DNA from: Macrostomum lignano | Taxonomy: Eukaryota | Direction of reading: 5' to 3' | Assembly (NCBI GenBank): GCA_002269645.1 | Contig: NIVC01001873.1 | Location: 124,001 to 188,000 of the forward strand | Length of the DNA stretch: 64,000 bases | Part shown: positions 63,801 through 64,000 of the stretch, in pieces | Layout: every line of letters starts with the position of its first letter | Numbering within the stretch: the stretch's first letter is position 1 | Made by a program: the position numbers and the translations under genes | The notes under the pieces: model-generated | The model's input: only the letters and a program-made list of their open reading frames with translations | What the model was told of the DNA's origin: nothing | Database searches by the model: none

Positions 63801-64000
63801 TGGAACTCCTCCTTCGGAGGAGAAAGGGGAAGAACTCCCATCACCGGAATTCCATTCCCTGAAATATCCATCAACTGACATTCCATGTCTTGAACCCTAT
63901 CTTCCAAATCGTCTCCAAATTCTTTACAAAACCTTTCAAAGACCATAGCTCAAAGACTCTCATGTTTCTCATATCTCCTCTCTCCTCTCTTCACTGATAT

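Overview
Eukaryotic (animal) genomic DNA. GC-rich coding exons sit among very dense micro- and minisatellites, a pattern reminiscent of a Macrostomum-like flatworm, but the species is an inference only. Mobile elements: the 3' part of a Ty3/Gypsy LTR retrotransposon (gag end, -1 frameshift signal, pol with one frameshift, 192-bp 3' LTR) nested antisense in an intron of a UBR1/2 N-recognin gene; a 5'-truncated Penelope-like element with inverted terminal repeats carrying a hammerhead ribozyme; and several MITE-like and tandem elements. Genes: the first six exons of UBR1/2; an intronless NECAP; a two-exon secreted WSC + PAN-like gene; a rhodopsin-like GPCR that may be spliced to a roughly 400-aa unknown ectodomain; an M6PR/ATG27-like receptor; three tandem LITAF paralogues; the first coding exon of an SRSF1/9-like gene; and an orphan 186-codon exon. 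A duplicated roughly 1.1-kb non-coding unit (50.8-53.3 kb) has TATA promoters, conserved splice-site motifs and pairing-preserving helices. Most long ORFs in the ORF track are artefacts of tandem repeats. Exon models were built by hand from GT-AG sites and phase consistency. No database searches were run.
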